A stretch of 63,126 nt of DNA, filler included, from Rhabdomonas costata (GCA_019059605.1; 51 parts of 51 records of this genome joined end to end with filler, not necessarily neighbours in it); one strand, 5' to 3'; positions 50,835-62,665 are shown, numbered from the whole stretch's first letter. Numbers and translations are program-made. The notes: a model not told the origin generated them from the letters alone.

Positions 50835-51783
50835 GGTGTGATGGGGGGCAAACTGCTGACCACAGGGGGCCTGACGGCATACTCCGCCGCCTACAGCCCT
50901 GTGCTGGCGCCCGTTGTGGTGTACTCCCTGGGTGTGTGGGTGCCCTTGCGTGCGAATGTGTTTGCATGTGTGTATGTGTGTGTTCGTGTTTGTAGGAGAG
51001 AGCGACAGACCGCTCTCAGCCATCATCATGGCAACTGCTCTAGACTCCGGTCATCTTCAGGCAACTTATGTCCCCACCCCACCCTGGCACCTGCTGGCCC
51101 CCGATGTCCCTGATGTTCCCGTCCGAAAGACTTGGCTGGGTAGGGCCAGAGTCGCCTACAGCTTAACGCCTAATCGAGACCAGCGTGGTGGACCGCGACA
51201 TAGATTCGAACCTAATTTGTTGCCTGACAGTAATCCCCACCAGTGTTTACCTTCACACCCACAGCTCACAGGTCAGTATGCCGCTGGTTTTTTAATGACC
51301 TCCGCCGAGCAGTGGAAGGGTGGCATGTTGCATTGTTGTTAGCGGAGAAACATCGAATCCCGCTCAAGGCAGAAAGACCTCCATAACAAGAATGCCTCGT
51401 GCACGCAATGTGTGAGATGGTAAAATTGTATTTCTGTTCGGAGGTGGGGGCGTTAACATCGCTGAACGTGCGTCGCCCGTGGATGGGTGGATGGGTGGCC
51501 CATGGGATGGGCGGCGCTCCGTTGCTAAACGTTGGACACATTGGGACACAATTGGACACACTTTTGGGTTTTGCGCTGGGGTAGGAGAAGGAGCCGCTTC
51601 GAATATACCTCTTCTAAAATCTCAGCGACCTTTCGCGCTGTGCGACCCGCACGCATATTTACACAACAGCTAAAATCGGACCGGTGTGCGGCCTGAACTA
51701 CGCCTGCCCCGCCGGGTTCCGGCCCACCTCAGCCAGCACCGTGTGCTACAACAACAACTGCACTCTGGCAGAGTGTTGCGCAA
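50835..51783 (+). CDS. Extracellular protein with Cys-rich repeat; exons <50835-50931 and 51670-51783
   Basis: Phase-1 splice gives YSL-A-KIGPVCGLNYACPAGFRPTSASTVCYNNNCTLAECC. Confidence 0.6.
51031..51265 (+). repeat. Dispersed ~220-bp repeat, copy B (intronic)
   Basis: Homologous to 24071-24290 and 55893-56111. Confidence 0.8.
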
Positions 51784-52109
51784 GTGCGTCGTGTGCGTGA
51801 GTGGGAGGGAAGGAAGCAGCATCCAGGAAGTGAGAGAGGTCGTGCTCTTCCTTCCGCTTCTTCTATTAATTGTTGATCGGTCTGTAGAGAGGTTTTCGAA
51901 GGCACAAAATAGAGGTCCTGAGAGGTCTGTCTGGTCAACCGGAAGGAGGAAAGACAATTCATGGCGCACCATTNNNNNNNNNNNNNNNNNNNNNNNNNNN
52001 NNNNNNNNNNNNNNNNNTTAATTAATTAANNNNNNNNNNNNNNNNNNNNNNNNNNNNNNNNNNNNNNNNNNNNGTGTGGTGGGGGGTCTGTCGCGAATGC
52101 GTAGGCATA

Positions 52110-52430
52110 CCGTCTCGGGCCCGGAAGGTCCCTTGCGGTTTGTCGCTACATCGATGATATCTACTCGGCAGGCGTGCCACTCCCCTCGCAAGACGCCTAC
52201 GGCATGGAGTACAAGACCAGCGAAGGGGAGTTCTGTTGTGTATCTCGGGGTTCGCGTCGATGAGAAGGTTCGAGATGACGGCACCAAGGTCCTCCACACC
52301 ACAGTGCATGATCGGGAAGGGTCATACCCTCACCACATCGTGCGCTACCAGGACCACGCCAGTCTTCCCATGAGAACAACTTGGCAGAGTCATTATGGGG
52401 CGTCTGGTGCATTATCAGGAGACATCCGAA
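52110..52430 (+). mobile_element. Penelope-like element reverse transcriptase core/thumb, frameshifted
   Basis: CRYIDDIY at 52141, then (shift ~52225) VVYLGVRV...LHTTVHDREGSYPHHIVRY, then GRVIMGRLVHY; resembles PLE RYIDD...YLD...LYDKR...YP. Confidence 0.7.
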
Positions 52431-54733
52431 GCTCCTTCACCCGGATGTCGTTAGCGTGCCACCTGCCCAGCCTGCCCTCCTCAATGGCAACCCAAGACAC
52501 TGGAGGGGATTGCGGGAGGGAAGATGGCTTAAAGCAGGGCACATCCCGGTCAAAAGAGATTCCCGGGTCGTCACACACAATCGGTGAGCTCTATGGTGGT
52601 ATTCAGTATGAGAAATTGGTCGTATTTCACACCAGCAGCTGAACAACTGCGCCATGACGAACAACCCGCTTCACCACGCTTCGGTTCTGATTCCAAGGGG
52701 CGGTCTTCCACACCCATCCACACACGCGCGCACATTCCATCCTGGGCATCTCAGCCTCGATGGGGCATGGGCCCCATCCGGTCTCACCCCCTTCCTTGTC
52801 CGCTCGTCGCCATTCCCACCTATACACACATACTCTCTCTTCATGTCGGAAAAAGAGGATTCGACGGAAGACTTTAGGTACACGCACACCTCTGGAAGAG
52901 GAAGCGCCGCCAGACTTTCTCGACCATTTGCTTCGGATACCCCCGCCAGATGGCATTCCGGAATTCCGTAGCCACGGATTCCTTGAAATCCTCCATATGG
53001 CCTGGGCGTTCCTTCTCAGGACGAACGGCAAACCCGGTCCCGAGCCGACAAAGCCACCGCCATCATTGCAGGCCGCCGGTGGAAGCCGGTTCCTTCAGGT
53101 CTTTGGAGTCTCGCGCTCCCCAACACCCGCAGCGAGCGCCCCAGGAGCACGCCCAGACAGCGGCGGCAGCAGCACCCAGCCCGCCGCCGCCGGGGTCCCT
53201 TCACCACAACACCNNNNNNNNNNNNNNNNNNNNNNNNNNNNNNNNNNNNNNNNNNNNTTAATTAATTAANNNNNNNNNNNNNNNNNNNNNNNNNNNNNNN
53301 NNNNNNNNNNNNNTGTTGTGGTGTTTCCGGTCCCTCCTACGCCGCAGGATGGGCGGGAACCGTCCACTTCTTCCGTTCTATTTCCGCTGTGGGCAGAGAG
53401 GAGGAGCCTCACTGCGGCGTCATAATTCTTACTTTTGCTTAATTTTTGCTCCCCAGTGTTGGGCGTCTGGAAGGGAGGAAGAGAACGAGCGAGCGAGCAG
53501 TGAGAATTGCATGCGCGCTCTCCTTCAAGCTTGGGGACTCGCGGGCGGGGGCATCCTGGCCCTGTCTTGTTGTGAGCACCTCGCGGCTCCTGACAGTGGT
53601 ATAGCACCCCCCGTGCAATTACTCATAGGCTGCACGCGTCATGACAGTTTTTGTTTTCTTCCCCCTTTCTTTTCCGGTTTTTCTTTTCTCCGTCTTTCGC
53701 GCACAAACATGTACAAGCTTTTACAGACATATACACTCACCGAAACTTGCAAAGTAGTGTGTCAGAGGGGGGGGTTTCCGGGCACCAGTGGAAACCGATG
53801 GAAAACAGGCGAACCGGGTTCCATTGGTGCCCCCCCGCCCACACACACACACACACACTCTACTTTAAAGAGCCCAGTCACCAAAACCAAAAGAAAGAAC
53901 AGGCGTGCACCTGCGGAACCACTGGTATCTCTTTTCGGTGTGGCACAGCCTGCCCACCTGACAAAGATGAGCAAGAGAAGCCCGTGAAGGTTTTGGATTC
54001 ACCAAAAATAACGGGGAAAAGCAGAGGCGCGCATTGCAGCGAATACCTCCTCACCCGAGCGAAAGCTTCTGCGGTAACCATCCAGCTGAGTCTTCAGAAA
54101 ATTCTTCGTGAACTCGCTTCTGGAAAACACAGAACAGGATCAAATGACGCAACGAAGATGGGCCGAAAGAAGCCTCGTGCTGGCATGGCATGAATCCGCT
54201 GGCCACCATGTGCAATATAGTTCCGTATAGAAGGTCACTATACCTCCTTCATAGTACAGTACATACACACCAGCTTGCCCGTAAATCACAATAATGCTGA
54301 CACTTCGCTTCACAGCACCATTGCGGAGATGCATCTCAGAACGAAACCCATACACACACAAAAATTTAGGCCCCACAAAGGCAAAGGCAGAGCCAGATGA
54401 GAGTGCGAGTGCCTTTCAACTCAGGGATGACGGTAACCCTATACCACAAAACNNNNNNNNNNNNNNNNNNNNNNNNNNNNNNNNNNNNNNNNNNNNTTAA
54501 TTAATTAANNNNNNNNNNNNNNNNNNNNNNNNNNNNNNNNNNNNNNNNNNNNGTGTTGGGTGTGGTTGGGTGGGGGGGTCCACTCCTAATATGATGGTCG
54601 ACGTTTTCTTTGCTTCGTTTCTTGGGCTGAGGTGTACAGATGACTTCTGCGCTCAAATGGAGATGACAAGAGGTTACCTTCCTCAGTGAAATGGACCGAC
54701 TGCTATATGTGTGCGTGTAATGCTTTTTCGCAG

Positions 54734-54899
54734 AGAGGAGTTTGCGAAAAATGGGCTGGACAAGGTGGTCACGGTGCAGCACAGAGACGTTTGCAAGTCA
54801 ACCTTGCTTCCCTCCTCAGACTCTTCCGCCCAGTCGGCAGACGGCTGGGGCTTGCCCGTCCGCTCACTGGACGCGGCGTTCTTGGACTTGCCCAATCCA
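54734..54899 (+). CDS. TRM61: Exon of tRNA m1A58 methyltransferase catalytic subunit
   Basis: tcgcag|REEFAKNGLDKVVTVQHRDVC...DAAFLDLPNP|gt matches TRM61/GCD14. Confidence 0.88.
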
Positions 54900-55892
54900 G
54901 TGTCCGGGCTGCTGAACCTCATTCCCGCTCTGAAACCGAACTGTTTGTCCCAGTCCCAATATTTCCTCACATCACTATTCTTGTTCCCTCGGTGCTTGCC
55001 TGCTGCTTGAGGTTTCACGTGGGCTTTCATGCGGACCAATTCAATTCATGCTGACCAATCATAGGTTCACCACTCTTTCTTCTTGCGTCTGATGGCAGCT
55101 TGAGAGGAGGGAATGGTTCAGCTTTTTTCTGTTGAGTCGAAGGATTAATAGAATTAAGGCAAAACTCTTTTAGTAACAAACAGTGTAGTGTCCAAGGTCC
55201 GGCGCACAGCACTTGAGGGCAAGCCTGCTTGCGGTGGTTGCGTTTGCGTGGAGGGATATTGTGGGCGCACATCAAAGCGCGAATCCAACGAGAAACACAG
55301 AATGTCGAAAAGAAGACTGCACATCGAGCGGTCTGTGTTGAGAAGTATCGCAATTGGGAAAAACAATAAGCCCCCGAAAGAAAGGCTATGGATCCTGTGG
55401 AAAGTAGATAATTAAGGCCGAGCCCGCCACAGGAAATGGCGGCTTAGGGTTGGACCCACTGACCGCCTGAAACGGGGGTCATGCACACAGTTGGGGGGGG
55501 GGGCATTAGACGCCTAACAGTGTTAGACCCACGCTCCTTCTGATGGAATCCCAGGGAACACGTGTGTCGCCTTAGCCTCGAAGAGGGCGAAAGGGAATGT
55601 GCGTGCAGCGCAGCACCTCAGGAGCGCAGCAAATCAAAGCAGTCAGTGGGCACTCCAGCGCAACCAGACGGTCCCAAAACCCCCCAAAAACNNNNNNNNN
55701 NNNNNNNNNNNNNNNNNNNNNNNNNNNNNNNNNNNTTAATTAATTAANNNNNNNNNNNNNNNNNNNNNNNNNNNNNNNNNNNNNNNNNNNNCCAGTGCTT
55801 TTTTCACTTGTCTTTTCTTTTGTACTTGCGATCGATTTTGCATTCCGATGGGGTGTGGGTGAGGGAATGACCACTCTTTGCATTTCTGTTGG

Positions 55893-56111
55893 GCCCGGTG
55901 TGCAGGGTAACCACTGCCACGGATACTGTAGGGCACCGAAGTCGGCTCCCAATCCATATCACGGTCTATCACGCTGGTCTCCAGTAGGGGTTAGGCTGAA
56001 GGCAACTCTGGCCCACCCCAACCAGGACTTCTCCTGTGGAACATGGGGCCCAGCAGATGCCTGGTTGGGGACACAAGTTGCCTGACGCTGACCGGAGTTT
56101 TGAGCAGTCAC
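55893..56111 (-). repeat. Dispersed ~220-bp repeat, copy C (intronic)
   Basis: Reverse complement is homologous to copies A and B. Confidence 0.8.
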
Positions 56112-56147
56112 GAGACTTAATATCTCCCATACACACAAGCAAGATAC

Positions 56148-56339
56148 CGCCTTGCTCTGGAACAGGCCCTCGGGCAGGAACTTTAGATTGACCGTCCACA
56201 CGTGGAAAAACACCCGTGACAACTCAAAGGCCCGCCCAAGGTATGCCCAGGGCTTGGCCAGGGTGAAGGGAAGACTGAGCACCGCCTGCAGTGCCGCGCA
56301 GATCGCCAGCTTGGGCACCGTGTACAGCACCCCAAACCT
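56148..56339 (-). CDS. ALG3: Exon of Dol-P-Man alpha-1,3-mannosyltransferase
   Basis: gtgcag|...LQAVLSLPF...YLGRAFELSRVFFHVWTVNLKFLPE...|gtatct; 64 codons. Confidence 0.92.
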
Positions 56340-57303
56340 CTGCACGGCAAACACACACATACACACACACACTTTGTGCACTTGACCAAGACGACTTGGG
56401 AAGACTCGCGTTTCTCTTTCCCAACCCTCGAATGGGGCATGGGCCCATCGGGCCTCGCCCCCTTCTCGACTCGCTGACTCTCAGGGTTCGTGCCTCCACG
56501 GCATCTGACACCTCTGCTTCACCTGCAGCCACCCATTTCTGCTAATGGCCTCTCTTTGTCGCTGCGTCTTAGTAGCTCCCACTGCCCGCCGTCGATGCCG
56601 CTGTTCTCCTTTCTCTCTCTTGCTCCCATATCCACTGCGCCCATTCTTGCCCGTGGTAATCCCCGCGGTTTCCTCCTGTTACTTTCTCTGCTCTTTCCGT
56701 TTCTCGCTTCTCGGTCCATTCCAAACACACACGCATACACATGAGACTGGTGTCTGGGGTGTGGCAAAGCAGGCACAATGCGGGGCAAGGTTGCACATGC
56801 GGTGTGGCTGATATCTGCACGATGCATGTGTATTCGTCGGGAAACGCGAGAATGGACAGTGCGTCCGGCTTCGCACTTCTCGCACGCACACATACACACA
56901 AAAGGCATGGCGTTGGAGGAGGGCAAAGTCNNNNNNNNNNNNNNNNNNNNNNNNNNNNNNNNNNNNNNNNNNNNTTAATTAATTAANNNNNNNNNNNNNN
57001 NNNNNNNNNNNNNNNNNNNNNNNNNNNNNNTGTGTTGTGTGAAGGAAGAGGGTGCAACGCTGGCGAGGAGGAGGTCACTTCAGTCCTCTCGCAGTTCTCC
57101 CACCTCCTTTACCCAACGTCCTCCTCCACCTTCACCGACCTCCTCCTCGCCAGCGTCGCACCCTCTTCCTTCTCACAACAACAACGCTCCTTGGCTATGA
57201 AGTCCAAAACGTCCTAACGTCCTAACGTCCAAAAAGTGTCTCGATACGTTTCTTCAGTCATTGCTTTCGTTTTTAAAGCAGGTGACGGGCAGACGGAGCA
57301 TGC

Positions 57304-57486
57304 CTGGCCCTTGGCGACGCGGTAGTAGGGGCCGTGCCTCTGCAGCTCCACCTCGATCTCTCGAGCCCACCGGTCGCCGATGTCGGTGCGTTCCGTGACT
57401 ATCGGGATGAACCCCATCTCCACTTCCTGCAGGCCCACCACCACCACTTCAGGCAGCCTCCCGGAGACCAGCTCCGAGACCAAGTG
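57304..57486 (-). CDS. Exon of inositol polyphosphate 5-phosphatase
   Basis: cacag|...PEVVVVGLQEV...W...YYRVAKGQ; GLQE motif. Confidence 0.82.
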
Positions 57487-60400
57487 CTGTGCAGGGGGCA
57501 CGCAAAAAACAAACGATTGAGAGAAGAAGAAAGATGACGGGAGGTTTGATCCCCTGACAACCTAACAACCTAGGCCAATGCTGCTCAAAGGGAATTGGGG
57601 CCAAGGGCGGGACAACGATTGAGAAACACGGCAAAAGAAGGATGCACGGATGAGCAGATGATTATTTCACTTTCACCAGTATGAGTTGCAACCACAGATA
57701 GGCTTTCTGGTGAAAAAGGGAGCTTCACCGCGCACGAGTTTTAGATGTGCAGACAGCGATGCGGGCTTTCTGCGGCGCCTCTGTGAACCTCGCTCCAGTC
57801 CAACCCACGCCTGTGCTTTTGGGGTGGCATGCACGGCTTTCTGAGCTCATTTGAGTTGGCACCCTTTCGACAGCCCTCCATTCCCTCAAATCTTCCCTTC
57901 CATTGCTCAACCACCACACTCACTTCATGGGAGCTTCTGATTTGCCTCTCTGTCTTTCTGTAAATCTTTCACCACCCAACCAACTGGACTTGATGTGAGT
58001 TCTAACATCTGCCTGGGTTTCGCTTCCCTGCAAGTATCGTCTCTATCCCACTCCGCTTCCCACTCTTTCTTCACTTCCATATTTGTGAAGGTGAACATGT
58101 GAGCAACGACTCATCAACACTACGTACAGCTCAGTACAAAATTGCCAGGCCCCAAACTCACCTAACACANNNNNNNNNNNNNNNNNNNNNNNNNNNNNNN
58201 NNNNNNNNNNNNNTTAATTAATTAANNNNNNNNNNNNNNNNNNNNNNNNNNNNNNNNNNNNNNNNNNNNAAAAAAAGGGGGGGGGGGGGGTGAGAGCCGT
58301 GCACTCTAGATCAACGAGAAAGATGTACAGATGTGGCCGCGCTTATGAATGGCGGCAGGAGGGCGATACAGTTCCCACAAGAAGGCCGAAGGTACTTGCA
58401 ACGCATTGGATGGGACGGATCATTGCGACAGATCCCCCGCTTTGTTTTCAGCGATCACTTCTTCGGCGGGAGCGGGGCACCAGAGGCAGAGGGGCCCGAA
58501 AACGAGGACCGCGGCGTGGCACTGACACCCGCGCGGACAGTGAGTGTGGCTTCGTTCGTCTTCCCTCCACGAGAGTAGCTGAGTGTCACCTTTGAGCCTG
58601 CGGACCACCCCACACCCAAACGTCTACGTTGGAGCATTTTGCCTGCCCCCATGTGAAGTGAAAGAGAAAGAGAAAAAAACCAGGGGGAGCGGGAGGCAGA
58701 GAGAACCAGCGTAAGAGGCACCTTTAAGGAGGGTGAGCTGTGAAGCGGAAGCGTGAGCAGACTGCTGAATTGACGCGAGGATATACGCACCATTGAGGCA
58801 TTGAGTTGCTCGCAAACGCTCCGCAATGCACTGCACCACGCGCGCACATTCATTTCGGAAGACAAAAATGGTGGAATTCGACCCCCAAGCTTTCCCCCCA
58901 CACCTACTCACACCCACTCAAACAAACAGAACGGTTGCGGGAAGGAACTGAGCAAACACACCCGAATCCCAACGCTCGCGGCGTAACTGTCTTGGTCCAC
59001 CTTAGAGACCACCAATCCCCTGGAGTCCCCTCCACTCACCACATTGACCCCAAATGACATCGCCCGGTTCAAGCCGGGTGACGCAAGATTCATGGGCAGC
59101 ACCCAGCTCGTAACCGCGCTGAGGAGATGGGAAACGGAAACCAAGCGGAGGGTGGTAGCCTCACTGGACTGCCCGAGTGAAAGCAAAACAGAAGCCTTCA
59201 AATTAAGTCTGCCCCCTGTAGGTGGGGCACCTCGATCTCAGGCAGGGGCTTTTCAGGTAAATTCGACCCCCCCTCTTCCCGAATCCAAATGAGTAAGACC
59301 ACCTCGTGCTCAACGATGTGATGGGAAACCGTTCCCACCCGCCACGCTGGGTGTGCGCGCACATGCTTTTGGCAAACCGTGCCGAGAAATAATGAAGGCT
59401 ACAAGAGAANNNNNNNNNNNNNNNNNNNNNNNNNNNNNNNNNNNNNNNNNNNNTTAATTAATTAANNNNNNNNNNNNNNNNNNNNNNNNNNNNNNNNNNN
59501 NNNNNNNNNCCTGACCCCAAGGACCGGCCACGCAGCGTTTCGGGAGGCCTGCTGTATATACAAAAGACCCCTGCTTCGGCTTAGCCCTCTAAGTTTCATT
59601 ACTCACACTGCTGAAGGAGTGCCAAATAATTTTATACCGATGATATAAACTTCTTTATACCAGTGATATAAAATTTTTAGACTTTTTCGGCGACGCTGTG
59701 AACTGTTGGGTCGAGTTAAGTTTTGCTTGTCCGGGATGTCTTTGGCCAGATGCTAGTGCACTGCAGTCTCCGAAAAGTGTCCCCGAAGTGAGTTTATTGG
59801 TCTCACAGGGTGTGACTCGCCTCTACCCACTACCACAGTGTGTTCCTCAAATGTTGAGTTACGCGCTACGTTGCATAGCCTCACCGTGATACCTGCGACA
59901 CCACATGCTTCATGTTGGCTCGGTCAGTCAGAGAAACGATGCCAACCCAGGCGTTGAACTCAGGGTGATCAATCCTTATTACTCGCGGCACTGGGGACTT
60001 TCGTCGATATTATTGAAGGCCCATCGGATCCGTCGCTGAGGTGACTCACCCTTTCGCGTAGACGAAACCAGAAACCTCCGAAGAGTGAACCCGAATGCCA
60101 AGACCTCCATCTCACCACTACGTAATGCATGTACTACAGACACAGAACCCCGAATCCAAAAACCACCGAAATCCAATCCAGAACCCAAAACCCACCCTCA
60201 GAATTCCACTACACAAGAAGCGCATAACCACCACAAGAACCCCGAAGACGAAAACCAACCCCGAAGACAAAAACCGAACCCCGATGCAAGAATGCTGTCT
60301 CACTCGAACCCCAAGATAGAACCGAATACCCAACTCAGAATCCAGAATCCGAAACCCAAAACCCAAATCCAGAAACCAGAATCCGAAACGCAGGAACTCC

Positions 60401-61015
60401 AACAGCCACAATATCACAATCAACTCACGAAATCCACCCTCCAACTCTGAAACCAAGACGCAAGAATCCTCTCCGAAGAAATGAGTTTATCAAGAAATGT
60501 TTCCCTGAGTGCATAAGGATGTAAATTGCGGCACCACCCTCCAATTGAATGACAGAAGCAGGTAGGGGGTCTAAAGATGCACCTACCATTCTAAGCCTTT
60601 CCAATTGAACCCCGAATGGTGAAATGTGTAAAAGATGCACCAAAACACNNNNNNNNNNNNNNNNNNNNNNNNNNNNNNNNNNNNNNNNNNNNTTAATTAA
60701 TTAANNNNNNNNNNNNNNNNNNNNNNNNNNNNNNNNNNNNNNNNNNNNGTGTGGGTGTGTTTGGGTTGTTGGGGAAAACGCTGCGGGAAAGTGCCTTTTT
60801 TTCGTTTCGGTCATATTTCTGTCGACTTTTGGTCTTTGGGCAACGAATGAGTTTGGTGGCAGATCTCCACAGGCTGCTATTGTGCCGGAGGTGGAGGGGG
60901 TTGGGGGCATGGGGCAAAGCATGCTCCACTGCTACATCTTCTCTGCTCGTTTTCCGGCTTTTTTTTCTCTCCAGTTGGTGGCACACTCACTCACTCTCTC
61001 ACTGATTGCTCTCAG

Positions 61016-61207
61016 ATCTCTGCGGATGTGCTTCCGCCAAACCCCGCGGCGCGGGACTTTGTCAGCGCGAAGCTGAAGGCCACGCTGATCCCCGCCCTCA
61101 CCGAGCTCGCCAAGGTGAAGCCGCAGAACCCCACGCAGTGGCTGGCGGACTACCTCCTGGCGCACAACCCCAACAAGCCCAAGCAAGTCCCTGGGCCCTC
61201 AATGTAA
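61016..61207 (+). CDS. NME5: Last exon with Dpy-30 domain of radial-spoke nucleoside diphosphate kinase 5
   Basis: ctcag|...AARDFV...TLIPALTELAKVKPQNPTQWLADYLLAHNPNKP...stop; not in the ORF track in this frame. Confidence 0.85.
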   Translation: MSADVLPPNPAARDFVSAKLKATLIPALTELAKVKPQNPTQWLADYLLAHNPNKPKQVPGPSM

Positions 61208-61987
61208 TTGGTCTTGACGGACGTGACATGGGCGCAGTTGGAGTAGTTGGATGGGAGAGAGGGTGGAGGAGCTTAAAAAGAGAATGCCAATGTTGAGTGG
61301 AAGGGTACTGCGGTGGGCTCCAGTTGTGAGTGCTTCCGTGAGCCCATTCTCTCCGCTGACGTGTTCCTCCCTGCTTCCCTTCCTTCCTCTTTCGGTTGTG
61401 TGCTGCTTTTTAGTGCTCTGTTGTAAATGTTCTCATGACTGTTTTGCATGTTCAGCGGAGTATGGCAACCGGATCTGCGAGGCGGGAAGTCGAGGGAGGG
61501 AATGTTATCGTTCAGAAAAGTTGAGTGATGGGTGCACATTATGTCTTTTGTTGATGTTTGTGCAGCTTTCGTGCAGGCTTTAATGGGAAAGGCGAGCGCA
61601 AAGGGTGCTGTTAGGTAATGTGGATCGCACCCACGTGTGCTGTGTAATTGCACCTGGGCTTCCAGCTTTACTGCGGTGGGCATTGCCGTCTCGCACACGC
61701 ATCGATATGGCTTCTTCACTGCAAGCACAACCTGCTGCTGTGGACGTGGTTGTGGTTGCCGTCCTGAGGTATGGAAACTTTCGGCGTTTTTGTATTCATT
61801 AACCAGTGTGTTTTTGTGCTTTTTGTTTTCTTTGTGTTGCTGTTCCTGTCCTTTTTGCCTTATTGCTTGCCTCCCCCCCAACCCCCCNNNNNNNNNNNNN
61901 NNNNNNNNNNNNNNNNNNNNNNNNNNNNNNNTTAATTAATTAANNNNNNNNNNNNNNNNNNNNNNNNNNNNNNNNNNNNNNNNNNNN

Positions 61988-62205
61988 CTCCTCGGCTGCC
62001 TTCTCGGCTGCATTAGTGGCAATTGTGGACAGCAATTCCTTCCATTGTGGGCCACCCGCTGGGACGCAAAACCCTGCTCCGATGAAAACGATGCAGTTTT
62101 TCGCTGCAATTTCGTGAAGAAGGTCCGGGTGTGCTCGAACCTCACTGTCCGTGTCATAAGTGGCCGTGGGATAGCGGAAAACCAGCCGCAGCTTCATTGC
62201 GTCAT
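61988..62205 (-). CDS. SIR2-like (SIR2_2, non-canonical sirtuin) domain N-terminus, paralog 1
   Basis: LLHEIAAKNCIVFIGAGFCVPAGGPQWKELL matches the SIR2_2 pattern VxFxGAGxSxxxGxPxWxxLL. Confidence 0.8.
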
Positions 62206-62352
62206 CTGATGGGAGCATAAGACGTATCAGACAAATTCAACACGTCAGTCTTATGACCAATTACTCGAAGTGTCTGAGTGTGGCTAACAGAGAAGAGGTC
62301 TTTTTTCGCAATATATATGCAAGACGCTTTATTTTTGAGAATTCCTTCGCAG

Positions 62353-62665
62353 TATGTAAGCTGCGGCTGGTTTTCCGGTACCCCACCCCGACCTTCGACA
62401 CGGAGACCCAAGTCCGGTGCCAGCCCCAGCTCCTTCAGGAGATCCGTGCGCGCAACTGCGTTGTGTTCATTGGGGCCGGCTTTTGCGCGCCCGCCGGGGG
62501 ACCCAGCTGGGGCAAGCTCTTGGAGCTCGTCGCCCGGCGGGGTGCCCAGCAGGAGCGAGAGGAAGCCGAGCGGAAGAAGCCGGAGGCTGAGTTGAAGCCC
62601 GCAGTGGAGGATTCTGGGGTCAAGCGCGTCTCGTCTCTGAGGCGCCCATCCGCGCAGACCCACAT
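62353..62665 (+). CDS. SIR2-like (SIR2_2) domain N-terminus, paralog 2
   Basis: ttcgcag|...LLQEIRARNCVVFIGAGFCAPAGGPSWGKLL; 3' boundary uncertain. Confidence 0.8.

Noticed and set aside
51031-51065. Hammerhead ribozyme on the reverse strand of the 220-bp repeat (CTGAAGA-tgac...)
   Set aside because: No GAAA after the putative stem II in copies B or C, and CTGANGA is not conserved in copies A or C.
59935-59990. tRNA/SINE B-box-like gagttcaacgcc on the minus strand
   Set aside because: No cloverleaf or A-box could be built.
60540-60645. Two ~60-bp-spaced copies of tccaattgaa...aaagatgcacc as a CRISPR remnant
   Set aside because: Only two degenerate units at a contig end, in a eukaryotic context, with no cas genes.
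1141-61987. Regularly spaced TTAATTAATTAA as a CRISPR-like or biological repeat
   Set aside because: Always embedded in N runs; it is an artificial six-frame-stop contig linker.
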